Shown in pieces: positions 1 through 12,540 of a DNA stretch of 41,459 bases. A model generated the notes under the pieces. It did not search any database and had not been told where the DNA came from. It was given only the letters and a program-made list of their open reading frames with translations. The position numbers and the translations under genes are program-made. The stretch comes from Chiloscyllium plagiosum (taxonomy: Eukaryota): assembly GCF_004010195.1 (NCBI RefSeq), contig NW_025214312.1:1-41459 (forward strand). The letters run 5' to 3'. How positions within the stretch are numbered: position 1 is the first letter of the stretch; each line of letters opens with the position of its first letter.

Positions 1-230
1 TGGGTTTCCTCCCAGTGTTCCAGTTTCCTCCCAAAGATATGCAGCTGAGAGCGGATTGCTCATGCTAAATTGCTAGTGCCCAGAGATGTGTCGGTTGGAT
101 AGTTTACTCATGGGAAATGCAGGGTGACATGGATAGTGTAGCGGGGCAGGTACAGGAGGAGATACTGTTCCGAGGGTCAGTGTGGACTTGATGGACGGAA
201 TGTCCTGCTTCCACACTGTAGAGATTCTAT
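1..230 (+). mobile_element. HE1/V-SINE-like SINE, 5' part outside window
   Basis: Central domain (gggtttcctcc...catgctaaattgc) and CR1-like tail (gtgtggacttgatgg...ccacactgtagagattctat) shared with the other SINE copies in the window. Confidence 0.8.
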
Positions 231-1757
231 AAAAACAACAAGAAGTTTGGATTATGCAAACACCCAGTGAGTATCTATCTGATCCACTTTCCACGAGGTT
301 TTGTATGTTTCAATAAGATCACCTCTCATTCCAAGAGTAACTTGTTAAAGCCTTCATAATATAAGACCATCATTCCTGGAATACATTAAGTGAAACATCT
401 CCGAACTGCTTCCAATTTAATTATATCCTTTCTCAGGTAAGGAGACAAAAATAATCTCTCGCTCAGATGAAGTTAATTTTTGTTTTCTCAGTGGTGAGAG
501 TATTTGGAACTCTCTTCCCCGCAGATCATTGGAGGCAGAGATATTGAATATGTTTGAGGCATGGACAGAAGGTTCATAAATAATAACGGAGTCAAGGATT
601 ATTGGGAAATGGCAGGAATGTGCAGTGTTGGGAAAATGCTGACAGTGGTATAAAATCACACTGCTCCAGAACATCCAGGAATATAGTGCAAAATGAAATG
701 ATAATATCGATAAAATGTTAAGGGGAAATCCAAGATGGTGGCGATCTGGAAGGCCTGCTTTGTTGGGCTCTGCATCACAGCACGGGCAAAGTGGTTCCCT
801 AACCCACTCTATCCAAGCCATTTATTTAAAATGCTTAGTTTTGGAAAATTTTGAGAGTTGGCAGTTGCAGTAGTCTTAGTTTGTGTAGTTTTTAAGGTTT
901 ATGAGACTTTGTTTATTAATGATCAGTAATTCGAGTTCTTCCTCTCTCGAGTTCAAATGTTGTGACAGTGTGTTCTGGGTAATTATGTGCTTAAATGGTC
1001 TACCTGGAGCATTAAGGGGAGCCATTGGCCAGAGAAGTGGAAAAATGTACTTTCTAGTCGTAAAAAGAGAGGGTGGATGTGGTCCTATTGCAGGAGATGC
1101 ACTTTAATGACAAGGAACTTTTGACATTACAGCAAGTCGGGTTTGATCGGGTCTATTTCTCCTCTTTCAATACTACGAGTAGGGGAGAAGCCATAATGGA
1201 TAACAAGAATCTTCCATTTAACCAATTAGTTCGTATTTGACTCTCACGGGAGGCTCATGATCCCCAAAGCCTTGAACTATGGTAAATAATACAGTATGTT
1301 GAATGTTTATTGACCCTCCCAGCGCACCCTCTTAATATCCTCGAAGATACATTTTCCAAACTCAGATATCTTGTATCGTGGCACATAATTGTAGATGATT
1401 TCAACTGTCTTATGGACCCCACCGTGGACAGAATGTCCAAAGGTGCTCCAATACCCTCGTTATAATTTAAGCAATTAGTGGATTTGTGTGCAGAACTAGA
1501 GCTGGATGTCTGGAGGCAGATCCACATCACAAGTTGAGATTTTATTTTCTTCTTTAACCCGCAGAAATGCCACACGAGGGTTGATATCTTCCCCATCCCT
1601 GCAACAATCTTAGATTTGGTGGCTCCTATACAATTGGGAATATTACCATTTCTGACCATGCAGCAGTATAATTATTGATTAAGAGCAATAATGCAGTTTG
1701 GATACATTGGCGAATATATCCCTTTATTGTCAAGACTAGTTAGTTCATTGAGTATTT

Positions 1758-2070
1758 AGATTAGATTACTTACAGTGTAGAAACATGCCATTTGGCCCAA
1801 CAAGTCCACACTGACCCGCCGAAGCGCAACCCACCCAGACCCATTTCCCGACACTTACCCCTTCACCTAACACTAAGGGCAATTTAGCATGGCCAATTCA
1901 CCTTACCTGCACATTTTTGGACTGTGGGAGGAAACCGGAGCACCTGGAGGAAACCCACGCAGACACGGGGAGAATGTGTAAACTCCGCACAGTCAGTCAA
2001 CTCTGGCGGGAATTGAACCCGGGTTTCTAGCAGTATGAAGCAGCAGTGCCACTGTGCCACCGAGCCGCCC
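1758..2070 (-). mobile_element. HE1/V-SINE-like SINE inserted in L1
   Basis: Minus strand: tRNA-like head (gggcggctcggtggcacagtgg...gggttcaattcccgcc), conserved core and taatctaa tail repeats. Confidence 0.9.
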
Positions 2071-3870
2071 ACTGCAATGATTTCAGATCTTTCTCATCCA
2101 TTAATTCAGATTCAACCAGTAACTCATCCACTCTATGAGAAATTGCTAAGGTTTATGCCAAGGCAATAATTATTCCTTAGGATGCAGCAGAAGGGGGAGC
2201 AGGAACGCTGGTTTGAGGCACAGCCGAGAGCAGCCGAGATTGCATACTGTGATTGACCCTCAGTGGCTAACCTGCAGAGGATCACAATGCTTCGGTCGAC
2301 AATGAATTCCACGCTGACAAAGACAGCCAAGAAGAAACTTACTTTCGCAAAACAAAGGCTGTCTGAACATGGTGATAAGCCAGACAGGTATTTAGTCTAT
2401 TTTGCCAGGAAAACGAGCGCCCCTCTCAAGCCATTACCTCAATTAGGGAAGGTACTGGGATCCTTATCTTCAATTTCCAAAATATTAATGCCTCCTGTCC
2501 GAGATTTTTCTCCGAATTATTTCAGACTGAACATTTTGAGGATAGATGGATTAAGATGGAGTCATTTTTCATTTTTCAGNNNNNNNNNNNNNNNNNNNNN
2601 NNNNNNNNNNNNNNNNNNNNNNNNNNNNNNNNNNNNNNNNNNNNNNNNNNNNNNNNNNNNNNNNNNNNNNNNNNNNNNNNNNNNNNNNNNNNNNNNNNNN
2701 NNNNNNNNNNNNNNNNNNNNNNNNNNNNNNNNNNNNNNNNNNNNNNNNNNNNNNNNNNNNNNNNNNNNNNNNNNNNNNNNNNNNNNNNNNNNNNNNNNNN
2801 NNNNNNNNNNNNNNNNNNNNNNNNNNNNNNNNNNNNNNNNNNNNNNNNNNNNNNNNNNNNNNNNNNNNNNNNNNNNNNNNNNNNNNNNNNNNNNNNNNNN
2901 NNNNNNNNNNNNNNNNNNNNNNNNNNNNNNNNNNNNNNNNNNNNNNNNNNNNNNNNNNNNNNNNNNNNNNNNNNNNNNNNNNNNNNNNNNNNNNNNNNNN
3001 NNNNNNNNNNNNNNNNNNNNNNNNNNNNNNNNNNNNNNNNNNNNNNNNNNNNNNNNNNNNNNNNNNNNNNNNNNNNNNNNNNNNNNNNNNNNNNNNNNNN
3101 NNNNNNNNNNNNNNNNNNNNNNNNNNNNNNNNNNNNNNNNNNNNNNNNNNNNNNNNNNNNNNNNNNNNNNNNNNNNNNNNNGGAAATACCTGATACTGAG
3201 GCCAAATCCAGGATTCCTTTTAAATGGTCACGGGGGGTGGTTTCCCTATTTCAGTATATTCATTACATCTGTCTTTGATCATTTATTTAACGTGAACTAT
3301 GCCCATTTGTTTGACAAAATTAAACAAGACCTTCAAAGATGGGAGGCATTTCAATATCCTAGCTAGGTCGGATAGCTGTTATTAAAATGAATGTCCTTCC
3401 TCATTTGCTATACCCTGTGTAAATGCTTCCTTTGATGTTTCCCAGACAGATATTTCGGAAACATAATGGCTGGTTTAGCTCTTTTATTTGGCCCCATAAG
3501 CGATTCTATATCAAGCTAACAAAATTGCTACTGCCCCACAAATTGTGGGTGGTAGATCTCCCAGATTAAAAGCAACCAATAAGCTCTTTTCATCGTATGT
3601 GAGTGCCTGGGCGGCTGAGGACTCGGCATCAAAATGACAAAGTGAACCCTTATTGGTCTGTTTTTCTTAGATAAAATGACATTTATGAAGTATTGTCATA
3701 AACTAATTATTATCAATACTGTTAAAACTTGAAGGACAATGCGTCAGATCGAGGGCAATACAGCCTTCATGTTTCTTACCCCTATAATTGATACACCGGG
3801 CTGTCAACCGGGGATAATGGATTCCAGATTTAATCTATGGGCAGCCAGGAGTGTGCCTTGCTTGGGTGAT

Positions 3871-4199
3871 TTAGAATTATCAGAATCCCTACAGTGTGGA
3901 TACAAGCCCTTGGGCCCAGCAAGTCCACTTCGACCCTCTGAAGAATAACCCACCCAGGCCCATTCCCCTACCATTTTATATTTACCCTGACGAATGTCCA
4001 AATATGCACATCCCTGAACACTATGAATGATTTATCAATGGCCAATTCATCTAACATGCACATCTTTGGACTGGAGGAGGAAGCCCACACAGACACAGTT
4101 AAGAATATGTTAAGTCCACACAGCCAGTCACCCAGGGCTGGAACCAAACCCGTAACACTGGTGGAGTGAGTCAGCAGTGCAAATCACTGAGCCACCATG
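3871..4199 (-). mobile_element. HE1/V-SINE-like SINE inserted in L1
   Basis: Homologous along its length to 1758-2070, more diverged. Confidence 0.8.
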
Positions 4200-6500
4200 T
4201 GTTACTTGAGGGAGAAACAATGATATAATTTTATCAAATAACTCATAAGTATGTACTATCTAATAGAGACCTCTTCTGCTTTTGTTCCAGATTAGAGATT
4301 TGCTTAAAAAACACAATTTTAACAGACACTTATGGAACCGATACAGAGAAGCAGGTGATTATTGTAAAGAATACCCTCTCTGTCAGTTCCCTGTGTCATT
4401 TGTTGGTGAGTGTCCCCTCAGACAAGACTGTGCAGCTTCGTGACGTCTGTGCGAGGAAGTTGGGGGTTTAGATTTTTTCGGAGACATGGGAAGATATTTG
4501 TGAAAATGCTAAAAGGATTTTGATCTATAATAGGATCCATTCCATGCAGTTGAAAATTCTTCATAGGTTCTATCTGACCCAAGATTTTCTCTCAACCTTC
4601 AAAGTGGGACTATCCTACAGCATGTCTTAAATGCAGAATGACTACAGGCACTCTTATTCATTTCATGTGGTCCTGCTGCAGGCTTTGTACATATTGGAGC
4701 ACTGTGTTAGGTGTGGTAGAGTGGGTCTTGGGGACCGAATTGGAAATCGACCCGGTTTCTCTTTTCCTGAGCTTGCCCAGAGTATCTTACGCAGATACAC
4801 ATGGGGAAAAAAAATATCCTTACTTTCTGTGCTAGGAAAAATATTCTGTGGTGTTGGATGTCTAACAACTCCGCGGGTCTGTTGGGTCTTTGTAAGTTCC
4901 TCATGGAGAATCTCCCTTTGGACTTTCTCACCAGCATGGTGCACCAAAAAACAGAGATTAATATAAGTCATAGAATCATAGAGATGTACAGCATGGAAAC
5001 AGACCCTTCAGTCCAACCACTATCCCAAACCAATCTAGTACCACCTGCCAGCACCTGGCCCATAACCCTTCAAACCCTTCTTATTCATATACACATCCAA
5101 ATGCCTCTTAAATGTTGCACTTGTATCCGCCTCCCCGACATCACTGGCAGCTCATTCCATACACGTACCACCCTATGTGTGAAATAGTTGCTCCGTAGTT
5201 CTCTATTGTATCTTTCCCTTCTCACCCTAAATCTAGACCCTCTCATTCTGACTCCCCGACCCCAGGGAAAAGACTTTACCTATTTACCCTATCCATGCCC
5301 TTTATAATTTTGTAAACATCTATAATGTCAGCCCTCAGCCTCTGACACTCCAGGGAAAACAGCCCCAGTCGTTTCAGCCTCTCTCGATAGCTCAAATCCT
5401 CGAACACTGGTAACAACCTTGAAATATGTTCTGAACACTTTCAAGTTTCACAATATCTTTCCGATGGGAAGGAGACCAGAATTGGACGCAATATTCCAAC
5501 AGTGGCCTAACCAGTGTCCTGTACAGCCGCAACATGATCTTCCAACTCCTGTACTCAATACTCTGCCCAATAAAGGAAGCCATACAAAAAGCCTTCTTCA
5601 AGATCCCATCTACCAGCGACATCACTTTCATGGAGCTATGAATCTGCACTCCAAGGTCTCTTTGTTCAGCAACACTCCCTGCGAACTTACCATTAAGTGT
5701 ATAAGTCCTGCAAAGATTTTATTTCCCAAAATACAGCACCTTGCATTTATCTGAATTAAACTCCATCTGCCACCTCTCAGCCCATTGACCATTTCGACAA
5801 TCTGAGGCGACCATCTTCGCTCTCCACTACACCTCCAATTTTGGTGTCATCTGCAAACTTACTAACTGTACCTCTTATGCTCGCATCCAAATCATTTATG
5901 TCAATGACAAAAAAGTAATGAATCCAGCACCGATCCTGGTGGTACTGCACTGGTCACAGGCCTCCAGTCTGAAAAACAATCCTCAACCATCACCCTCTGT
6001 CTTCTACCTTTGAGCCAGTTCTGTATCCAAATGGCTAGTTCTCCCTGTATTCCATGAGATCTAACCATGGGGAACCTTATCAAAACCCTTGCTGAAGTCC
6101 ATATAGATCACATCTACCCCTCTGCCCTCATCAATCCTCTTTGTTACTTACTCAAAAAACTCAATCAAGTTTGTGAGACATGATATCTCATGCACAAATC
6201 CATGTTGACTATCCCTAATCAGTCCTTGCCTACCCAAATATATGCACATCCTGTACCTCAAGATTCTCTCCAAAAACTTGCCCACTACCAACGTTAGGCT
6301 CACTGGTCTATAGTTCCCTGGCTTGTCCTTAACACCCTTCTTAAACAATGGCACAACGTTAGCCAACCTCCAGTCTTCCGGCACCTCACCTGTGACTATC
6401 CATATTGCAAATATCTCAACAAGAGGCCCAGCAATCACTTCTCTAGCTTCCCACAGAGCTGGAGGGTACACCTGATCAGGTACTGGGGATTTATCCACCT

Positions 6501-6718
6501 TTCTGGATCAGTGGTGCTGGAAGAGCACAGCAATTAAGACAGCATCCGAGGAGCTTCGAATTCGACCTTTCAGGCAAAAGCCCTTTATTCCTGATGAAGG
6601 GCTTTTGCCCGAAACGTCGATTTCGAAGCTCCTCGGATGCTATCTGAATTGCTGTGCTCTTCCAGCATCACTGATCCAGAATCTGGTTTCCAGCATCTGC
6701 AGTCATTGTTTTTACCTC
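6501..6718 (+). mobile_element. Non-autonomous fold-back Penelope-derived mini-element with 13-bp TSD
   Basis: Inverted arms 6501-6585 and 6597-6681. TSD atttatccacctt at 6489-6501 and 6719-6731. Interrupts CR1 ORF2. Confidence 0.85.
6586..6623 (+). ncRNA. Minimal type I hammerhead ribozyme motif
   Basis: CTGATGA (6591-6597), A, stem II GGGC-TTTT-GCCC, GAAA (6611-6614), CG, TC. Palindromic ACGT stem III. Stem I is short (tc/ga). Confidence 0.75.
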
Positions 6719-6877
6719 ATTTATCCACCTTAACCCGTTTCAAGACATCCAGCACTTCATCCTCTGTAATATGGACATTTTGTAAGGTATCACCATCTAT
6801 TTCCCTACATTTTATATCTTCTATATCCTCTTCCACAGTAAATACTGATGCACAATACTCGTTTAATATCTCCCCCA

Positions 6878-7382
6878 TACTTCCTGTGCGAGGGAGAATG
6901 TTCTGTTGTGTTGGATGTCTGAAAAACCTCCTGGTCTGATGGGTGGTTGTAAGCTCGTCATGGAGAATATCCCTTTGGAATTTCTCACCAGTATGGTGCA
7001 CAGAAGCAGAGATTTATATAAGATATGGCAACCCTTTTTGGATTACTGCGATACAGGCTTATCTGCCACTCTAAAAAGGGCTTTTATATAGCTATGACGA
7101 TATTGTCTAATGAATCACATATTATGAATTACGAACGTATGCATGTTTATCAGTTAATGCTCTCGAAGAACGAGAGCTATCACTTTGTTATGCTGAGCTG
7201 TATTATTTATTTATTATTTATTGTTTATTTTTGTTTTTCTTCTGTCTGTTTAGAGACTTTAACTTATTTTTATATACATGCACATGGGTGTAATTGTGTT
7301 CAGTTATTAGAGTTGTTTTGTTATTGGTTTAATATAATAATAAATATATATTTTTCAATAAAAAATTGTTAAAAAATTAAAA
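6878..7382 (+). mobile_element. 3' end of the L1-like LINE (ORF2 C-terminus, T-rich 3'UTR, A-rich tail)
   Basis: Repeats 4821-4967, continues with YKIWQPFLDY, and ends in aataaaaaattgttaaaaaattaaaa. Confidence 0.8.
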
Positions 7383-7414
7383 TGCTAACATTGATAGATT
7401 AGAGTCCCAAATAA

Positions 7415-7583
7415 CTCTCATTAGAGAGGCCACTCATGGTGGTTTATGTTGATGCTCCCCACACGGGTGATGGGGTGAGGTTGAGAGACCATCCCCTTCA
7501 TTGTAACCTCAGTCAGTGTGGGGAATTGAACCTGCGCTGCTGGCCTCCCTCGACATCACAAACCAACTATCCAGCCAACTGAA
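7415..7583 (-). mobile_element. tRNA-derived SINE fragment (second family)
   Basis: Minus strand: tcagttggctggatagttgg (A-box-like) and caggttcaattcccc (B-box-like). Confidence 0.6.
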
Positions 7584-7800
7584 TGGGAGACTGTGTAACT
7601 GTTACACACAGACAAAGTGTTGTGTTAGAAAAATTTTAATGACAAGGAAAAGGGTATATTTGAGATAAAAATGTTCTCTGCTAGAAATTGTATTTTATAA
7701 TGAGATAAGTGTTTGGAATTTGTCTTTGGCTGAATACAATAAGGTGAGACAAATGAAATAACCAGAATGACTAATTGTGATTGGATATCAATAACCATAA

Positions 7801-8475
7801 CAGCCAGAAACCCTAACCACCTAGCCATACATCAAAGAAGTTTCAGAAATGACAGCCAGACTACTAAGACCCCTCAGATTCCTAGTAGCACACACAAACC
7901 AACCAACACGCTCAAACAAAAACTAACAGACTTAGAAGACCCAGTACAACCCATGGACAAAACCAATGTCATCTACAAAATTCCATGCAAAGACTGCCAC
8001 AAACACTACGAAGGACAAACAGGAAGAAAGGTAGCCACAAGGAGACACGAACACCAGCTAGCCACAAAAAGACACGACCCTCTCTCCCTCGCAGCCCTAC
8101 ACATGGATGAAGAACACCATTTCGATAGGGACAACACATTTATCCTGGGACAGGCTAAGCAAAGACATGCCAGAGAATTCCTCGAGGCCTGGCACTCCAA
8201 CCACAACGCTATAAACAAGCACATAGATCTAGATACCATCTATCAACCCATCAGAAAACGAACAGAAATGACATCATCACAAACCCCAGGAACCCCATCC
8301 AGGAGAAATACATAAATAGAAAGCAGGAGACAACAGCTTCACTTCACTTGGAGGTCGCCACTGATGATGTTACCGAGCCAGGTAATGAAACGTCTGCATA
8401 TCAAACCTACAGCTCAGCGAGCAAACCTACACCCTAAACATCAACCTCAGCTACAAACCTTCACAAACCTTTCAA
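7801..8475 (+). mobile_element. 5'-truncated Penelope-like element: GIY-YIG endonuclease fragment plus 3' region
   Basis: ORF 7767-8315 contains NVIYKIPCKDCHKHYEGQTGR...R..EH...AREFLEAWH...IN. Flanked by aaccataa at 7793-7800 and 8476-8483 (likely TSD). Confidence 0.92.
8357..8398 (+). ncRNA. Minimal type I hammerhead ribozyme motif in the PLE 3' region
   Basis: CTGATGA (8361-8367), T, stem II GTTACC-gagcca-GGTAAT, GAAA (8387-8390), CG, TC. Stem I ca/tg. Confidence 0.8.
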
Positions 8476-9814
8476 AACCATAAAATAAGTGCATGTTTTT
8501 GATTGGTCTGTGGAAAGCATGCTGACTGTTGCAAGAATTTATAAAGCAGATGAAATATATAGTAAGGAGAGTCCGTCCCCATGGGAAATGCCTTCTGAAC
8601 ACGTGCTAGAAGCAACCCGGAGTAGAAAAGTGTCTGAGAACCATCTGCTCAGTAACAGGAACCTGGTGGTTGACTGACTTAAAGTTCCTGTAACATGGAG
8701 CTGAGAAAACCATCTGATCGCCCCCGAACGGATTGAATGTTGGAGCATATTTGAAGTACTGAATGGTCTCATGATGGATTTTAATTGTGTGTGATTTGAA
8801 AAACGTACATCTCTACTCTATTCTCTTACATGTTACCCACTGGGGCACAGCCGTTATCCTGAATTGGGAATAAGTTGGAATATTATTTGGAACATTCCAT
8901 AATTGGCATTCTCCAGAATATTCTATAACGACGTGGGGGGGGGGGATTAGAAAGGCAGGAGAGGAAGAGAGGGAAGGTGCTGCATGCAGTAGTGAGAGTG
9001 GTGGAGCATGAGCCTTGTTCGGGGGTCGGTGCTATAACAGATATACAGTGAGTGTGAAGGAGCAGAGATAGTATGGTGACCCTTATCCTGACAGAGTGGG
9101 GAAGGTTATTGATNNNNNNNNNNNNNNNNNNNNNNNNNNNNNNNNNNNNNNNNNNNNNNNNNNNNNNNNNNNNNNNNNNNNNNNNNNNNNNNNNNNNNNN
9201 NNNNNNNNNNNNNNNNNNNNNNNNNNNNNNNNNNNNNNNNNNNNNNNNNNNNNNNNNNNNNNNNNNNNNNNNNNNNNNNNNNNNNNAACAGATATACAGT
9301 GAGTGTGAGGGAGCAGAGAAGATATGGTGACCCTTATCCCTACAGAGTGGGGAAGGTCATGGATGCTTGTCCTGTTTTGCTGGACATTTCTTCAGACCGC
9401 AGATACTGCACTGAGGTGGTGTAATTTCCCCTTAGCTGCCATGCTCGGGGTAAACTGTGCAGGGCAGCTACAAACTGAGAAAGCTCAACCGTGTGCCCAT
9501 TGGCCTTTTACGATGGCCCCAGGGTCAGGAATCACGGAATATCCAGGGGCATCCGGGCGATGGTGAGTACTTCCAGTCATGATGGGTGGGAGAATCGGGC
9601 TGGCAATGTATGAGAGGGACACTGTGGAGTGGGCTGGGTAGTTAATGAGATGAGTTTGATTAGATAGCACCAGGAAACTAGCTCGGCCACGTGCAGGCAA
9701 CCCCTCTGTCACACTTTATGAAAATGTCACTGAGACAGATTTTTGTTAGATTCAGCCCAGTGAGGTGAAGACTCTGCTGTCCTCACTCCCAGTTACAAAG
9801 CTGCAGAACAAATG

Positions 9815-9930
9815 CTCATCCAAAACTCTCCATCGCCTGAACTCACAGCAATACTCCTTTCACTAATTCTTCATAATACTGACCCGTGTTGCATGATACT
9901 ATCGAAAAGTCTTCATTTCAGCATTCTGAA
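9815..9930 (+). mobile_element. Old L2-like LINE 3' remnant
   Basis: ctcatccaaaactct... resembles the L2 ORF2 end (LIQN). Similar to 38720-38845. Confidence 0.35.
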
Positions 9931-10004
9931 ACCTGTGAACTTCTCCTTCAATGACATTTTTTTTCAGTCTCACCCACTCTGCCTCCACTCCAAAACACAC
10001 TCAT

Positions 10005-12540
10005 TTACAGTCATACTGCACGAGACTGCCAGTATGGCTGGCCATTTGGCCCAGCTGGTCCATGCCAACCAAAATGTCCATCCACACTCACCCCATTTCC
10101 CTGCCCTTGCTCTGTATCCCTCTAATCCTTACCTATCTGTGTATTTGTCCAAATGCCTTTTCAATGTTGTTATTGTACCCACCTCAATAACTTCCCTTGG
10201 CAGCTCAGTCCATATGCGTACCAAGCTCTGTGTAAAAACGTTGCCCTTCGGGTTCCTTTTAACATATTTTGTTTCTTTCCAAACGTTAATGGATGTCCTC
10301 TAGTCCTCGATTAGGAAACAAAATTGAAGTATTCATCCCATGCACGCCTCTCATGATTTTATAAGAGTTACACTTCTATAAGAACCCCTTCAGTTTCCTA
10401 CGCTGCAAAGAAATAAGTTCTAACTTGTCCAACCTCTGCCTATAACTCAGAGACTTCAGGCCAGGATACATCTTTGTAAATTTTTTCTACACTCTTTCTA
10501 GTTCAATAATATCCTTTCTAGAGCAAGGTGAACAAAACTGAACACAATACTTCAACTGCAGCCTTACCAACATCCTGTACAACTGCAACATAACGTCGCA
10601 ACGTCTATACTCAATGTGCTGATGAAGGCCAATGTGCCAATAGCCTTCTTCACTGTCCTGTCTATCTGTGACACAAATTTCAGATAACCGTGCACCTGAT
10701 CTCAAAAGTAGTTTTGTTCCACTGCACGCCTTAAGACCCTTTCATTCATTATGAAACTCCTACCTGGATTGGACTTTTCAAATTGCCAAACATCACACGT
10801 ATCTATATTAAACTCCATTTGCTATTTCTCAGCCTACTTCCTCAGCTGACCAAGGTACTGCTGCAATTTCTGATAATGTTCCTCATTTAATTGATGCCTC
10901 CTAATTTCGTGTCATCTGCAAACGTACTAACCTTGCATTGTGCACTCTGGTCCAAATCATTGATATAGATAACAAACAGCAATGAGCCCAGGACCGACCA
11001 CTGAGGCACTCCACTAGTCACAGGCCTCCAGTCCGACAAGCATACCTCCACCATAGCCATTTGCTTCATAATATCAAGCCAATTGTGTCGCCAATTTGCC
11101 AGTTTACATTGGAGTCCATGCGATCAAACTTTCCAGAGCGGCCTACCATGTGGAACCTTATCAAAGGCCTTACTGAAATCCATATAGGCTATGTCCACCA
11201 CCCTGCCCTTGTCAACCTTCCTGGTCACTTCCTCAAAAACTCTAACAAAATTTGTAAGGCATGATCCGCCAAGCACAAAGCTATGCTGACTGCTCCAAGT
11301 CAAACTCTGTTTTTCCAAATGCATGCATATCTTATTATCCCCGAACCTTCTCAAGCGGTTTACCGAAACCAGATATGAAGCCGACTGGTCTATCTTTTCC
11401 AGACTTTTTTTTTGCAGCCCTTCTTGAATAAGGGCACGTTTGTTATCGCCCAGTCTTCGGGGACGTTGACCCCTGAACTGTCTTCTCTCGCCTCTTGCAG
11501 TGCTCTTGGATATATCTGGTCAGGACCAAGAGATTTATCTGACTTTATGCATTCGAATATGTCCAACAGCATCTCTACTGTGATATTGACTGTACCAAGA
11601 TATGACACCTAACCTCCCAAAGGTCACAGGTCTTCATGTCTTTCTTTATGGTAAACACAGAGGGGGAATTGAGGACCTCAACCATTTCTTGAGGTTTTAC
11701 ACATGCATGCCGATTTTGGATTTTAAGACGTCCTATTCTCTCTCTGGTTGTTCGTTTACTTTCCTATCCTGAATTTGGATTCACCCTAATCTGCTCAGCC
11801 AAGGCTATCTCATACCCCACTTTAGCCCTGCTGATTTCCTTCTTCATTAAACTCTTGTATCCCCGTGTACCTCCAGAGATTCCGTTGGTCCCAGCTACCT
11901 GTACCTGAGCCACGCCTCCTTTTTTTCTGGTCAGAGCCTCAATATTCTTGTCATCCAGGGTTCTCTCTTCCAGCGTCACTTTCCCTCACAGGAACATGCA
12001 GACCTTGACCTCGAGCTATCTCACTTTTGAAGCCCTCCCACTTGCCCGGGATCCTTTTACTTCGAAACAAACTATTCCAATCAACCCCTGCAAGCCCCTA
12101 TCTAATTCCAACAAAATGCGCCTTGCCCCAATTTAGAACTTGAATCTGTGGACCAATTTTGTCCCGACCATAACTAATTTAAAATTAATACAGCTCCAAT
12201 CACTTCCCGAGTAGGACCCTCTACATGCTGCTTGTGGAAGCTTTCCTGAACGCACTTAACAAATTACATTCCATCTAATTTCTTAACCCTCTGGAAGTCC
12301 CAGTCTATGTTAGGAAAATTAAAATCACCTTTTATGACAACCATGAAGCTCCTGCAAGTCTGGCCATTCTCCCTGAATATTTGTTCCTCTAATTCCCATT
12401 GATTACTTGGAGGCTTATAGTGCAAACACTATAATGTCACCATCCCCCTCTTACTTCTTTGCACCGTTCACAAACCCTCATTGGATATTATCTCAGTTAT
12501 TTCAACTTTAAATGCTAGAGGGATATGCACCTTAATCAGA
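10005..12540 (-). mobile_element. Decayed CR1 LINE
   Basis: ORFs 10487-10705, 10887-11069 ([18 protein letters not shown]), 11124-11354 (YMDFSKAFDKVPH), 11390-11608 and 11764-11979. Confidence 0.92.

Larger units (their letters stand above)
722..4967 (+). mobile_element. Decayed L1-like LINE (5'UTR remnant, ORF1 missing, disrupted ORF2), interrupted by two SINEs and a gap
   Basis: caagatggtggcg (YY1-like start) at 731-743. From ~990, frameshifted APE endonuclease motifs (WSIKG, VDVVLLQEMH, DDFN, ISDH). EHGDKP in ORF 2263. RIAVIKMNVLP at ~3368. C-terminal ARKNILWCW in ORF 4801. Confidence 0.8.
4968..6877 (-). mobile_element. 5'-truncated CR1 LINE (RT region to 3' tail), frameshifted
   Basis: ORF fragments 6148-6498 (PEDWRLANVVPLFKKG, PGNYRPVSLT, SQHGF, SCLTNLIEFF), 5901-6083 and 5392-5649 (LVRPLLEYCVQFWSP). 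Tail repeats tcatagaatcatag at 4968. Confidence 0.95.

Noticed and set aside
1990..2070. tRNA-like A/B boxes (also ~14592 and ~7520-7583)
   Set aside because: SINE heads with no complete cloverleaf.
2263..3366. Long ORFs spanning N runs (also 9073-9330, 31994-33133, 40651-41315)
   Set aside because: Their length comes from assembly gaps; where recognisable, the real residues are LINE fragments.
9036..9364. ~78-bp near-duplicate on both sides of a gap (9036-9113 and 9287-9364)
   Set aside because: Most likely an unmerged contig overlap or collapsed repeat. It cannot be judged without reads.
9812..10303. 163-aa plus-strand ORF
   Set aside because: Chance read-through of an L2-like remnant into an antisense CR1 tail; no recognisable protein.
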